DNA of 64,000 nt from positions 9,176,001 through 9,240,000 of the forward strand of contig CM120642.1 of the NCBI GenBank assembly GCA_051362555.1, read 5' to 3'. Positions 14,091 to 26,829 of the stretch are shown piece after piece. Each line of letters begins with the position of its first letter. The stretch's first letter is position 1. Origin of the DNA: Lingula anatina. Lineage: Eukaryota; Animalia; Brachiopoda. Position numbers and translations under genes: made by a program. Below the pieces are notes generated by a model that worked only from the letters and a program-made list of their open reading frames with translations, had not been told where the DNA came from and searched no databases.

Positions 14091-14228
14091 AATAAACCAC
14101 AGTATGGATTCTATAAAGAAGGGAAGCATTATACAATAAACATGGATCAGATTTTGGGAGAAGGAGTACATGGGAAAGTTGTTATGGTCTATGATTTAGC
14201 AACTAAAGAACAATCAGCTCTTAAACAG
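14091..14228 (+). CDS. Kinase exon, subdomains I-II (ILGEGVHGKV...SALKQ)
   Basis: ttttag acceptor and CAG|gtatgt donor. 46 open codons containing the GxGxxG loop and the AxK lysine. Confidence 0.9.
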
Positions 14229-14412
14229 GTATGTAATGCTGCAGATTTTGAGCGTTTGATGCTAATATGTTGATTTATTCATTGAAATTTTAATGGGAAT
14301 CAGTTAAATTCACTCAATTTACTTGGTATGTCATGAAAGAATGGGAAAATGATGCTGCTCTTACTTAGTTATTTCTTTTTTTCTTTATATTTTATATTAT
14401 TCCATATCTCAG

Positions 14413-14548
14413 GTAATGTTACTAGACTTCAGGGAAGAGGAGATAAGAGCTTGGGTGGCTATGGAAGATAATCCACATTTTCCAGAGCTGTACGTGCTTG
14501 AAGTAGAGGGAGACAAAGTATTATTATTTATGGAACCCTTACAGCCAA
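14413..14548 (+). CDS. Kinase exon, subdomains III-V (DFREEEI...HFPELY...LLFMEP)
   Basis: ctcag acceptor and A|gtaaga donor. Contains the alphaC Glu and the hinge FME. Phases match both neighbours. Confidence 0.9.
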
Positions 14549-14711
14549 GTAAGACTTTACAGTTGTTTTAAAATCTTTGAAAATACATGTATAGATATGG
14601 AACTATTAATATGTCCAGCTAGCTATTATGAAAGTATGCATATACCTATCATGAATTAATATATCAATTTGTTTTACTTTATTAATTTATTTACTTATTT
14701 ATTTATCTTAG

Positions 14712-14867
14712 AAATTACTTTGACTGAAGTCATAGACCAGTATTTTTCCCAGCTTCAACAACAAGGTCCAGCAGCCCAGTGGTCATTTTCCATCTTTGTG
14801 GTCAAAGGTCTACTTGAAGCCATCCAAGCACTTCATGAAAAGGGGTACACACACAATGATCTTCACA
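14712..14867 (+). CDS. Kinase exon, subdomain VIa to the start of VIb (GLLEAIQALHEKGYTHNDLH)
   Basis: cttag acceptor and A|gtgagt donor. Lies within ORF 14669..14890. Contains the LH..G..HxD motif. Confidence 0.92.
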
Positions 14868-15318
14868 GTGAGTTACAAAAACTTAGATAAAGCTGACAGT
14901 GAAAGTCATTGGAATATTTAGAATGTGCCAATTAAAACCACATAAATGTGTCATATATCAAGTTCAAGAAGTTAGCCATTCGACTTCCTGTCTGCACACA
15001 AATTGTACATGTATGTATTTCAAGGAATGGTCACAGTTATTGCCTTAAGATGCATTACACAGGATTTTGAAATGAAAAAATGAACATATTACAAATTACC
15101 GTTCCTTTAATGCTTATACAGTATATTAAATGACTGTATTGGTTTTGAAACTCAAGCAACAGACTACGTTATATCATTTAAGAGAGTTATATATGTGTAT
15201 CTTTGACTTACATGTGTAAAAGCACAGACTGTACTATTTGCAATTTTTAGACACTTAAAATCAATTCTGCAACCATACATTAATTTGTATTATATAGGTA
15301 ACTTTTATATTTTTGCAG

Positions 15319-15539
15319 CTGGCAACATTCTCCTTGAAGACACCAAGTCTGGTATGGAAGTCAAGGTTGTTGACCTTGGCCTTGCTCAGGTCATTCCTAA
15401 TCCACTGACACCAGGCAGCAGGGCCATGGTCATAAATGACCTGTGGAATGTCCTGAGAACTTTCATTGTACTTTGTGCTGGGTATACATTTAAATCCACT
15501 TATGACATGAAAGAACACTGGAGAGATGCATTACATTAT
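15319..15539 (+). CDS. Kinase exon, subdomains VIb-IX (TGNILL...VKVVDLGLA...NDLWNV)
   Basis: ttttgcag acceptor and TAT|gtaagt donor. Lies within ORF 15285..15557. Completes HNDLHTGN and has DLG at the DFG position. Confidence 0.92.
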
Positions 15540-15895
15540 GTAAGTTCATTATGTTGAAAAACAATGCATGGGTTTGCACAAATTGGCATTAATTCATTCT
15601 TGGTTTAGAAACATTTTGACAAACCGTGTTCATTTCAGATGCATTTCAGATTTTTGCACCTCGAAATGATTATATGCATTGAATCTTTTCTAATTCACTA
15701 TTCTTTTTTTTTTATCACTGCAAAAAAATATAAGAAAATAAAAAAAACACATTGCTCTTACAAAGTTAGAGGGAAGGGGGGCTCAAAAATTAAATGACCT
15801 TCTTACAAAAATGGCATAGAACTTGGATCAAATTTTCATTCTGTTCAAAATATTAATTAACCTTAGCCTGAACTTCTTCACAATATATTTTCAAG

Positions 15896-16028
15896 GTTGA
15901 CGAATCATTTCGTGAAGAGTTTGAGGAAATTGTTGCTTTTTGCATCAATGCTGCTGTAAACTTTGCTACGGGGCTTCCAGCTGGAGAACTACTTAATAAA
16001 TTGAATGAGGCTAGAGATGTAACTGAGG
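15896..16028 (+). CDS. Kinase exon, end of C-lobe (VDESFREEFEEIVAFC...AGELLNKL)
   Basis: tttcaag acceptor and G|gtgagt donor. Open frame, phase 0 in and phase 1 out. Confidence 0.8.
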
Positions 16029-18620
16029 GTGAGTTTTTTTTTCTTTTTTATGTACAGACACAGATGTGTCTGTACATATAGCCGTCATCTGCGTCTTTCA
16101 TCGCCGTCGCCATTGGCGTGCACTTTTACCGTAAACACGATAAGTGAAAAAATATTTTACCTTTTGGCTTGAAACTTACAGAACTGATGAATATTCATAA
16201 TAATGTGGTTAAGTTCGAAAATCAGCATGATCGGTTCATTTTTAGGGAAGTTATGCTTTTTTTTCACTTTTTTCAGCAGATATGCAACACCGTAAACACG
16301 ATAATTGAAAAACCGTTTTACCTTTTGGCTTGAAAGGTACAGAACTGATGAATATTCATAATACGCCAGTCAAGTTCGAAAATCAGCATGATCGGGTCAT
16401 TTTTAGGGAAGTTATGCTTTTTTTTTTCACTTTTTTCAGCAGACATACAACACCGTAAACACGATAAGTGAAAAAACATTTTACCTTTTGGCTTGAAACT
16501 TACAGAACTGATGAATATTCATAATACGCCGGTCAAGTTCGAAAATCAGCATAATCGGGCCATTTTTGAGAAGTTATGCTTTTTTTTCACATTTCCTCAG
16601 ATTCAATTCTTAGGCATGTTAATAGTCTCATTATTGAACCAATAAGATACGTAAAAGTGTTTGTTTGACATTTCCTGCATCTTTACAACATTATTAGTTG
16701 ATTATGTAAAAATGATGGTAAATTTGTTATCATGTATTGTGTAATGAAGTGTCAAAAATGGAAATAAACACATATCATTGCAGTTTGTCAGATTCCACTA
16801 TCCACTATGTTCAGAGTCTCAGAATGGAGGAAATTGGACATTTAACACTGTTCTATTGATATTTTTCCCATCTCATCAATTTTCTTAGTTGGTCATATAA
16901 AAATGGCAGTAAACTGTTAATTTTGTTTTATGTTAAAAAAGTGTTAAAAATGGAAATAAACCCATTTCAGAACAGTGCTGTCTTGTTTACATTTTGGCAT
17001 TTTCAAGATGTGACTTTGAAGTTCCATGGTCCTGAAGACCTTTGCTAGTCACATTTTCTGAATATCCCTGATACTTATATTTTATTATTAAAAATTGATG
17101 GTCATTATGCTGTTAAACATTATGTAATATTGCATCAAAATTTGAAGAAATACCTATTTTGGGCACTGCTCCCATGATGACCATTTAAGGAAAATCATGT
17201 CACTCACTGTTCTCAAACTTACAGGAAAGAAACATGGGACTAAAATACAGCTTCAGTAGGCAATGCAGTCTGTTTGGTAAATATTTCTGGCAATTAAACA
17301 GTTTTTTGTGAAAATTTAATTTTTCACATATTGGCATTTTCAAGGTGTGACTTTGAAGTTCCATGAGCCTGCAGACCTTTGCTAGTCACGTTTTTTGAAT
17401 GTTCATGTTACTAATATTCTATTATTAAAAATTGATGGTCATTATGCTGTTATACATTATGTAATATTGCATCAAAATTTGAAGAAACCCCTATTTTGGG
17501 CACTGCTCCCATGATGACCATTTAAGAAAAACCATGTCACTTACTGTTTTCAAACTTACAGAAAAGAAACAGGGGGCTAAAATACAGCTTCAGTAGGCAA
17601 TGCAGTCTGTTTGGTAATTTTTTCTGGCAGTTAAACACTTTTTTGTGAAAATTTAATTTTTCACATATTGGCATTTTCAAGGTGTGACTTTGAAGTTCCA
17701 TGAGCCTGCAGACCTTTGCTAGTCATGTTTTCTGAATATTCATGTGACTAATATTCCATTATTAAAAATTGATGGTCATTATGCTGTTAAACATTATGTA
17801 ATATTGCATCAAAATTTGAAGAAACCCCTATTTTGGGCACTGCTCTCATGATGACCATTTAACAAAAATCATGTCAATTACTGTTTTCAAACTTACAGGA
17901 AAGAAACAGGGGGCTAAAATACAGCTTCAGTAGGCAATGCAGTCTGTTTGGTAATTTTTTCTGGCAGTTAAACACTTTTTTGTGAAAATTTAATTTTTCA
18001 CATATTGGCATTTTCAAGGTGTGACTTTGAAGTTCCATGATCCTGAAGACCTTTGCTAGTCACGTTTTCTGAATGTCCATGTTACTAATATTCCATTATT
18101 AAAAATTGATGGTCATTATGCTGTTAAGCATTATGTAATGTTGCATCAAAATAGAAGAAAACACAATTTTTTGTGATGCTGCCATGATGACCATTATGGG
18201 AAAACCGTGTTATGACTGTCAAACCTTTAAAAAAGAAACACAAGACTCAAATGCAGAATGAGTTGGAAAAGCAGTCTAATTGGCTTCTTTTTCTGGAAGT
18301 TATACATTTGAGTGAAATATTCATTATCTTTTTGGCATATTCATTTTGGGACTCGGAGCTCCCATGGACATGAAGCCGAATGGTAATCAAATTTTCTACA
18401 TGTCCATGCTATTTATTGTCAATAATCAAAAATTGGTGATAATTATTCTATTATTTATTATGTAATGTTACATCAAAATTGACAACAATATTTTTACATT
18501 GCTACTGCAAACATTATGAAAAGAAAACTGTGTTACTTATTATTATTTTTAACTTACAAGTATTATTTTTAGGATTGGCATGCAGTTCAAATTGGAAAGC
18601 CAGGTCAATTGGGTTTTCAT

Positions 18621-21067
18621 TGTACCACCAGCGTAAGCGCTGGCGGTACACATGGTTTTAGTCCCGTCCGGTCCATTCCGCTGGCTCCGCCGGCTCCGTG
18701 GCCATGTTACCGTTACCGCTTCTCCTCCTAGACGGAAAGGGCCTCCATACTCATCTCTTTGATTTAGGTCACCTATAATCTCAACTCGTTCCACGTAAAA
18801 TTTGGGCTTTGTCGGTATTGGGGTCTAGGTGTGGCACTCATTGTAATGCACCCTTGTCCAAAAATGGCAAAATTAAAAGCTAATTATCTACCCTACGGGA
18901 GGAAGTATGGGAAAAATTTCTACAGGCGGCTTTCCAAAAGTCATATGTGTAGATTTCAAATATGCCCTTGGATTTGACCTTTGACCTTTATTTTAAGGTC
19001 AAACGGGCCAAAATTTTCAAAAAAAATGGAATTTTTTTACGAAAAAAAATTTATTTGCGCTGTTATTCAGACACCACACTGACTTAACCAGTAATATTTA
19101 TGGAAAGTGTTACCCTTGGTGTCATCTATCATCTCTGTAAATTTGGGGTCAATCGGTGCATTTTCACGGGTGTAGCAGCCATAAGATACCGAAACTGAAA
19201 ACTCTAATTCGGGAACCGTTAATGCTAGAGACCCATTCTTTTTTGCATTTTGTAGAGCATGTAAAGCCCAACACTGCAAGTGGTCTCCGTTTTTTTGTAT
19301 TCCATACGGTTTTCGAGTTACGCTGTATCAAAAAGTACAAATTGGTGGTGAAAGCAAAATGTGCAGTACGGTAATGGATAATAAATTTTGAACTCTGGAA
19401 AAATAAAACATAAGGCTTGGCAAAGCAGACAACTTGTGGTCAAAAATGACATTATTCCATCAAATTTGAACTTCTGGAACTTCAGAGCACCTCCCATTTC
19501 AAGAATTTTGACCAAAATGACCTTTTCTTTATTTTAATTAATTTTTTCTGTAGGAAATTTATGGCACATTGAGGTAACTCCGAAATTATAACATTTAGTC
19601 CCTTATATCTCCAAAACTGGCAGAGATAGGTCTATAGTTACTATTGAAGTTGAATAGGAAGTCATATACTGGCAATCTTACTGTGACCTTGAAATTGACC
19701 TTTGACCTACTTTTCACCATGAATTGAACTTTGCAAATTTTGCTTCCCTTTTATCTCCAAAACTGGCAGAGATAGATCCATAGTTACTATTGAAGTTGAA
19801 TAGGAAGTCATATACTGGCAATCTAAATGTGACCTTGAAATTGACCTTTGACCTACTTTTCACCATGAACTGAACTTTTCAAATTTTGCCTCCCTTTTAT
19901 CTCCAAAACTGGCAGAGATAGGTTCATAGTTTCTATTGAACTTGAATAGGAAGTCATATACTGGCAATCTAAATGTGACCTTGAAATTTACCTTTGACCT
20001 ACTTTTCACCATGAACTGAACTTTTCAAATTTTGCTTCCCTTTTATCTCCAAAACTGGCAGAGATAGGTCCAATGTTACTATTGAACTTGAGTAGGAAGT
20101 CATATACTGGCAATCCAAATGTGACCTTGAAATTGACATTTGACCTACTTTTCACCATGAACTGAACTTTGCAAATTTTGCTGCCCTTTTATCTCCAAAA
20201 CTGGCAGAGATAGGTCCATAGTTACTATTGAACTGGAATAGGAAGTCATACACTGGCAATCTAAATGTGACCTTAAAATTGACATTTGACCTACTTTTCA
20301 CCATGAACTGAACTTTGCAAATTTTGCTGCCCTTTTATCTCCAAAACTGGCAGAGATAGGTCCATAGATACTATTGAACTTGAATAGGAAGTCATACACT
20401 GGCAATCTAAATGTGACCTTGAAATTGACCTTTGACCTACTTTTCACCATGAACTGAACTTTGCAAAATTTGCTTCCCTTTCGTATCCAAAACTGGCAGA
20501 GATAGGTCCATAGTTACTATTGAACTTTGAATAGGAAGTCATACACTGGCAATCTTAATGTGACCTTGAAATTGACCTTTGACCTACTTTTCACCATGAA
20601 CTGAACTTTGCAAATTTTGCTTCCCTTTCATATCCAAAACTGGCAGAGATAGGTCCATAGTTACTATTGAACTTGGATAGGAAGTCATATATTGGCAATC
20701 TTAGTGTGACCTACTTTTCACCATGAACTGAACTTTGCAAATGTTTTTCCATTTTATCTCTAAAACTGGCAGACAAAAAAAGACAACTTTCAAATTGTTA
20801 GCGAAAGTTCATTCCCAATGTGAAAGAGATGAGGACGCGATTTTCATATTTGAGTCTTCGTTGGCCAAAGAGCAAGGAAGAACGTAATTTTCGTATCCTC
20901 AGTGGGGGATCGTTGCAATTGTATATTCATTCAATGGCTTTTGTTTGCGAAAGATCGTCAACTAGTGAGACAACCCCTCCCCCTTCTTTTTCCTTCCCAT
21001 ACGAATGCTCTTACTCCAGCTGGTGGTACAATACCAGGAGGCGGTATCGCCTCTCTGATCCTCTAGT
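18621..21067 (+). mobile_element. HINE family A nested in family B, with about 8 satellite units
   Basis: Both termini intact. B sequence resumes after CTAGT and is colinear with the uninterrupted B copy at ~34970. Confidence 0.88.
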
Positions 21068-21520
21068 TTATTATTGAATTTATGCAATTTTGTGTGAAAT
21101 TTTCATTTTTTTCATTCTGGCACTTTTTAAGTATAAACTTGAACTCTGATGGGCCTGAAGCCTTATGCTTTTACTTTCGTCGTTGTTACCTGTTGTGCAT
21201 AATTAAAATTTGATGTTGACTGTGCAGTAAAACATAATGTATTATTGCATCAGAATTGGTAGTCTCCTATTGTGTGCATAATTGTTTTGTGCTTTTCTTA
21301 AGATGTGACTTATGGGCCTGAAAGCCCTTTGAGAGGGTCAGTCTGTTAATATCCCTTGGGTATCACTTAGCTAATTTCTGAGTTATAAAGTCATTTGCCT
21401 GATTGATAGGCCATTAAAGGAGATTACATAAAGCACACTTGTTGATATTTCCTTGTAAACTCCCAAAAGTTAAGCACTCTGCTAGATTAATAATAAGGAA
21501 GCAGTGATAATTATGCAGGT

Positions 21521-21523
<3 letters not shown>

Positions 21524-21595
<72 letters not shown>
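21524..21595. repeat. (TA)n microsatellite
   Basis: Read directly. Confidence 0.95.
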
Positions 21596-21599
<4 letters not shown>

Positions 21600-21641
21600 C
21601 AAAGATTAAAAGTTTGAAAAGCAGCTTCATTGAAATTATAT

Positions 21642-21874
21642 TTACCTCAGGCTCTGCCAAAGAGGTCATATTTTCACCCCTGTTTGTCTGTCATCTACAT
21701 AACTCAAAAAGTTATGGACCGATTTTGCCGAAATTTTCAGGAACTGTCAGAATTGGGCCAAAGAGGACAATGATAAGTTTTTAGTGGTGGTCTGGCTCAA
21801 TAATCAATCAATAATCAATAATAATCAACAATTGCTGCCTTGGCAGAGGTCTGCACTCTCGGTGGTTTTCTAGT
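21642..21874 (+). mobile_element. Short HINE family C (TTACCTC..GCCAA.GAGGT ... CCTTGGCAGAGGT..CTAGT)
   Basis: SubTIR pair CTCTGCCAA / TTGGCAGAG, a short GTTT/GTCT run, a 3' hairpin remnant and CTAGT. Absent from the homologous B site at ~39030. Confidence 0.7.
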
Positions 21875-22711
21875 TTTGCTATGTTTTCCTTTACAATTTT
21901 TTCTCAAACACTTGCATTTGTGACTTTTAACTCTCATCCGCTCGAGGCTCTGCACATTTTCTGTATTTCCACATAAGCAATTGTATTGTTTTTTATGTCT
22001 TTAAACATTATATAATATTATTTTATACACTGTCATCATTTTTTCAAATATTGAGACTTTCATCATGTGACTTTGGTTTCTCAAACTGAAACTGTAGTCT
22101 TATTGAAGGGGTGGATTGAGACCATCTTCTGGGTCTTCTGGAAGACAGGTTATTAAGTTTATATTGACTGGTATCTATTTTTTTCAGTTGGAAGTCCATC
22201 AAAATGGAGGATGGATCAACATAGATACTTTGGAATACTGTCAGAAAATATCTCAGGGTCCGCTCCTGTTATTGACCATGTTACCTGTTATGCATGATTA
22301 AAATTCAGTGTTGACTGACAGTGCTATTATAAGCATTATTTATTATTGCATCAAAATTGACAAAATGACCTTTTTTTGCATCTTTATTTTCTGTTTTTTG
22401 TCTGTACATTTGACAGCTTTGCTGCCTTGTTTTTAAGATACGTACATATTGTATAAATAAATATTTTGAAACAAGTTGATTCTGCAAGTATACAACACTT
22501 TCACCATTAGGCACATCACTTTCACCATAGGCACCTGCCTTGTCTATGATTTTCCAGGTGTCTCTTTTTTTTTTTTTTTCATATTAAAATATGTTATTTA
22601 ACTGACCCAGTGGGATTGGTCTAACCCCTACTCATCAACAATGGAGATTTTATCTTCACGTGATCACTATTTGTACTAAGGTTAATTAATAACCATATTC
22701 TGAATACCATC

Positions 22712-22713
<2 letters not shown>

Positions 22714-22757
<44 letters not shown>
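22714..22757. repeat. (CT)n microsatellite
   Basis: Read directly. Confidence 0.95.
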
Positions 22758-22760
<3 letters not shown>

Positions 22761-22825
22761 TCATTTTCTGTCTGATCTGATTTTAAAATTTTAAAATTCA
22801 AGAAATTAAATTTACATTTTTTCAG

Positions 22826-22902
22826 ACCTGAAAAAATGCATGAGTGTTCTGAAAGGTGTCTTCTTTAGTGATGGTTTTGTGCCAATTAGACAGACAGACA
22901 AG
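22826..22902 (+). CDS. Kinase gene exon, C-terminal tail (DLKKCMSVLKGVFFSDGFVPIRQTDK)
   Basis: ttttttcag acceptor and AAG|gtaatt donor. Phase 1 in and phase 0 out exactly bridges exons 16028 and 31794. Confidence 0.7.
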
Positions 22903-23189
22903 GTAATTTTCACTACATTGAAAAAAAAGATAAGAAGACTGTCATTTTTATGTACAGACACAGATGTGTCTGTACATATTGCCATCACCTGCGTCTGTCG
23001 TCGCCGTCGCCGTCGGAGCTGTGCACTTTCCTTGTAAACACGATATATGCAACACTGTAAACATATTTCAAGGAAAACCGATAAGCCTGTTGTCATAAAA
23101 CTCACAGGAGTAATCAATCTTACTAAAACGCAGGTCAAGTTTGAAAATCGGCATGATCGGGCCACTATTTTTGTAGTAATGCTGATTTT

Positions 23190-24914
23190 TATGTACAGAC
23201 ACAGATGTGTCTGTACATATAGCCGTCACCTGCGTCTGTCGTCGCCATCGTCGTCGCCGTGCACTTTTACCGATAACACGATAAGTGGAAAGCTGTTTCT
23301 TCTTTTGGTTTGAAACTTACAAAACTGATGAATATTCATAATACGCAGGTCAAGTTCGAAAATCAGCATGATTGGGTCATTTTTAGGGAAGTTATGCTGT
23401 TTTTTCACTTTTTTCAGCATATATGCAGCACCGATAAGTTGATAACACGGTAAGTGGAAAGCCATTTTACCTTTTGGCTTGAAACTTACAGAACTGATGA
23501 ATATTCATAATACGCAGGTCAAGTTTGAAATTAAGCATGATTGGGTCATTTTTAGGGAAGTTATGCTGTTTTTCACTTTTTTCAGCATATATGCAACACT
23601 GATAACATGATAAGTGGAAAATCATTTTACCTTTTGGCTTGAAACGTGCAGAACTAATGAATATTCATATGACGCAGGTCAAGTTCGAAAATCAGCATGA
23701 TCGGGTCATTTTTAGGGTAGTTATGCTGTTTTTTCACTTTTTTCAGCATATATGCAACACTGATAACATGATAAGTGGAAAACCATTTTACCTTTTGGCT
23801 TGAAACTTGCAGAACTAATGAATATTCATAATACGCAGGTCAAGTTTGAAAATCAGCATGATCGGGTCATTTTTAGGGAAGTATAATGCTGTTTTTTTTC
23901 ACTTTTTTCAGCATGTATGCAACACCTATAACACATTTGTGATATATGATGGTACTGTATGGATGGCAGTCTATGAAATTGTCCTTTGGGTGATCACTAA
24001 TTAAATTAAGGTCTATAAAGTCACTTGCCTACTCATTAATTTTCAATTGGCCATTAAATGAGATTACATAAAACACTAGTTGAGATTTCCCTGTAAAGTC
24101 CCATAGGTTTAGCTCTCTTAACTGTGTCACATAATTAGGATTTGGTGATAATTATGCAGATAAATGGTGTTTAATATTACAAATAAATTTACAACAAAAA
24201 AAAATGTGTTATGCCTACATGCTATAGATGAATAACAGTGCTTTATTTTTCTCAAACTTGGTGGGGTTATTAATGTCAAGTTAATACAGCTAGATTAAAA
24301 GTTTGAATAGCAGCTTTATTGGAATTTTTTACGTTTTATTTAAAATTTTTTTAGATTATTTTTCAAACACCAGCATCTTCAAGATGTGATTTTTAACTCC
24401 CATCCACCAGAAGTGCTGTGCATTTTCTGTATTTCCACATGAGCAATTGTATTGATTTTTATGTCTTTAAACATTATGTAATATTATTTTTTGCACTGTT
24501 ATCATTTTACACATATTGTGATTTTCATTACTAGTATGTGAATTTGAACTCTTGTGGTCCTGAAACTGTAATCTTATTGCAAGGGGGGATTGAGACTGTC
24601 TTCTGGGCCTTCTGGAAGATGGTCAGAATTTAATGTTTACATTGACGGGTATCTATTTTTTTCTGTTGGAAGACCATCAAAAATGGAGGATGGATCAACA
24701 AAGATTTGGAATTGGGTTTGGAATTTGGAATACTGTCAGAAAATATCTCTCCTGTTATTGACCATGTTATCTGTTGTTCATGATTAAAATTCAGTGTTGA
24801 TTGACAGCATTATTTATTATTGCATCAAAATTGACAAAATGACCTATTTTTTGCATATTTATTTTCTTTTTTTTTTTTTTTTTGTCTGTACATTAGACAG
24901 TTTTGCTGCCTTGT
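23190..24914 (+). mobile_element. HINE family B nested in the T-run of another B copy, with about 4 units of the 161-bp repeat
   Basis: Second 5' palindrome at 23191. 3' terminus TGTCTGTACATTAGACAGTTTTGCTGCCTTGTT at ~24885-24914. Confidence 0.8.
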
Positions 24915-25700
24915 TTTATTTTTCAGTATATATGCAACACTGTAAACACAATATAAGAAAAATAGATTGGCCAATTGTCATTAAACTCACAGGAGTGGTC
25001 AATCCTGCTAAAACGCAGGTTGAGTTTGAAAATTAGCATAATCGGGTCATTGTTTTAGAAGTTATGCTGTTTTTTCACATTTCCTCAAATTCAATTCTTA
25101 GGCATGTTAACAGTCTTATTATTTAACTAATGAGATACATAAAGTGTTTGTTTGACTTTTCCTGCATTTTTACAACATTGTTAGTTGATTATGTAAAAAT
25201 GATGGTAAACTTGTTATCGTGTATTGTGTAATCAAGTTTCAAATATGGAAATAAACTCATATCATTGCAGTTTGTCAGATTCAATCATTCACTATGTTCA
25301 GAATCTCAGAATGGAAGAAATTGGACATTTAACACTATTCTATTGATATTTTTCTCATCTCATTAAATTTCTTAGTTGATCATATAAAAATGGCAGTAAA
25401 CTGTTAATTTTGTTTTATGTAAAAAAATGTTAAAAATGGGAAAAAAACCCATTTCAGAACAGTGCCGTCTTGTTTCACATTTCCTCAGATTCAATTCTGA
25501 GGCATGTTAACAGTCTCATTATTGAACTAATGAGATACGTAAAAGTGTTTGTTTGACATTTCCTTCATCTTTACAACATTGTTAGTTGATTATGTAAAAA
25601 TGATGGTAAGCTTGTTATTGTGTATTGTGTAATAAAGTGTCAAAAATGGAAATAAACTCATATCATTGCAGTTTGTCAGATTCAATCATTCACTATGTTC

Positions 25701-26829
25701 TCACAAGGCTCTGTACACGGCCCCATCCTGTTCACTCTCTAGACGTCACCAATTGAGGACATTGTCTCTAAGTACGGTTTTAACCTTATGCTCTATGCAG
25801 ATGACTCACAAATTTATATTGTTTGCGACAGGCCATCTATCCAGAAATGTATTATTCAGTTGAGCCAATGGCTTAATGCCAATTCACTTGTTTTCAATGA
25901 TGGCAAAACAGAAGTAGTTCACTTTACTTCTCGTTTTTCTAAGGATGCGGAAAAACTAGAACTATTAGAAATTGGAAACAGTACAGTCACGGTAAAAGAT
26001 GAGGTTAAAAACCTTGGAGTAATTTTTGATAATAGGTGCGATATGGCTGCCGACATCAGTAAAAAAAGCCGCTTTCTATGGTCTTAAAAAAAATTTCCAA
26101 ACTATCCCACATCCTTGATAAAAGTCAAATGGAGAGGCTTGTCCATGCCTTTATAACTTCACATCTTGACTACGGAAACAGTCTGCTGAATGGTCTTCCT
26201 ACCTATCAAATTGAAAAATTGCAATTTGTCCAAAATGCTGCAGCACGACTACTGACCAAAATCCCTCTCAGATCAAACATTTCACCCTATTATTCGAACT
26301 ACATTGGCTTCCTGTGCGACAGAGAATTGTTTTTAAATTACTGTTGTTTGTTTTTAAATTCACCAGAGGTGAATGCCCCTCATATTTTAACTCGATGCTA
26401 CATCCAAGTACACCCAGTCTCTCCAGGTCTACCAGATCCACTTCCACTCCTTGTTTTATCAGAAATGATAATAAAAAAACAACCAAAACCTACAGCCACA
26501 GGGCATTTTCAATTTCAGCACCAATTTTATGGAATCAATTACCCTCACACATTCGGACTATTGACAGTGTTGAGGTTTTTAAAAAAGATTTAAAAACATT
26601 CTTATTTGCACAGTATTTTAATTAAAATTGTCTCATCTTATCAGAAAAAAAGTTTTATTGTTCAGACCATTACTATTTTAGCCAGCTTTAATTATTTTAA
26701 TTGTTTTTTACCTTAGCTTTTATTATATGTATAATTAGTTGTAATCCTGATAATTTTACCCGTAAACAGCACTGAGACGCTAGTGTAGTGCGGTTTTAAG
26801 AAATAAATATTATTATTATTATTATTATT
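25701..26829 (+). mobile_element. 5'-truncated, frameshifted non-LTR retrotransposon (L2/CR1 group): reverse-transcriptase C-terminus, 3'UTR and (ATT)n tail
   Basis: Motifs QGSVHGP, YADDSQ, NDGKTEV, VKNLGVIFD, LDYGNSLL.GLP, QNAAARL, LHWLPV and APILWNQLP occur across three frames. ATT-repeat tail at ~26808-26829. Confidence 0.92.

Larger units (their letters stand above)
16049..22430 (+). mobile_element. HINE family B, long form with ~161-bp and ~337-bp internal repeats, carrying nested A and C elements
   Basis: 5' palindrome ATGTACAGACAC-AGAT-GTGTCTGTACAT and a (CGTCGC) microsatellite. 3' TGTCTGTACAT, CAGCTTTGCTG hairpin and CTTGT. Confidence 0.85.

Noticed and set aside
21414-21602. YIYIYI ORF
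   Set aside because: It is the translation of a (TA)n microsatellite.
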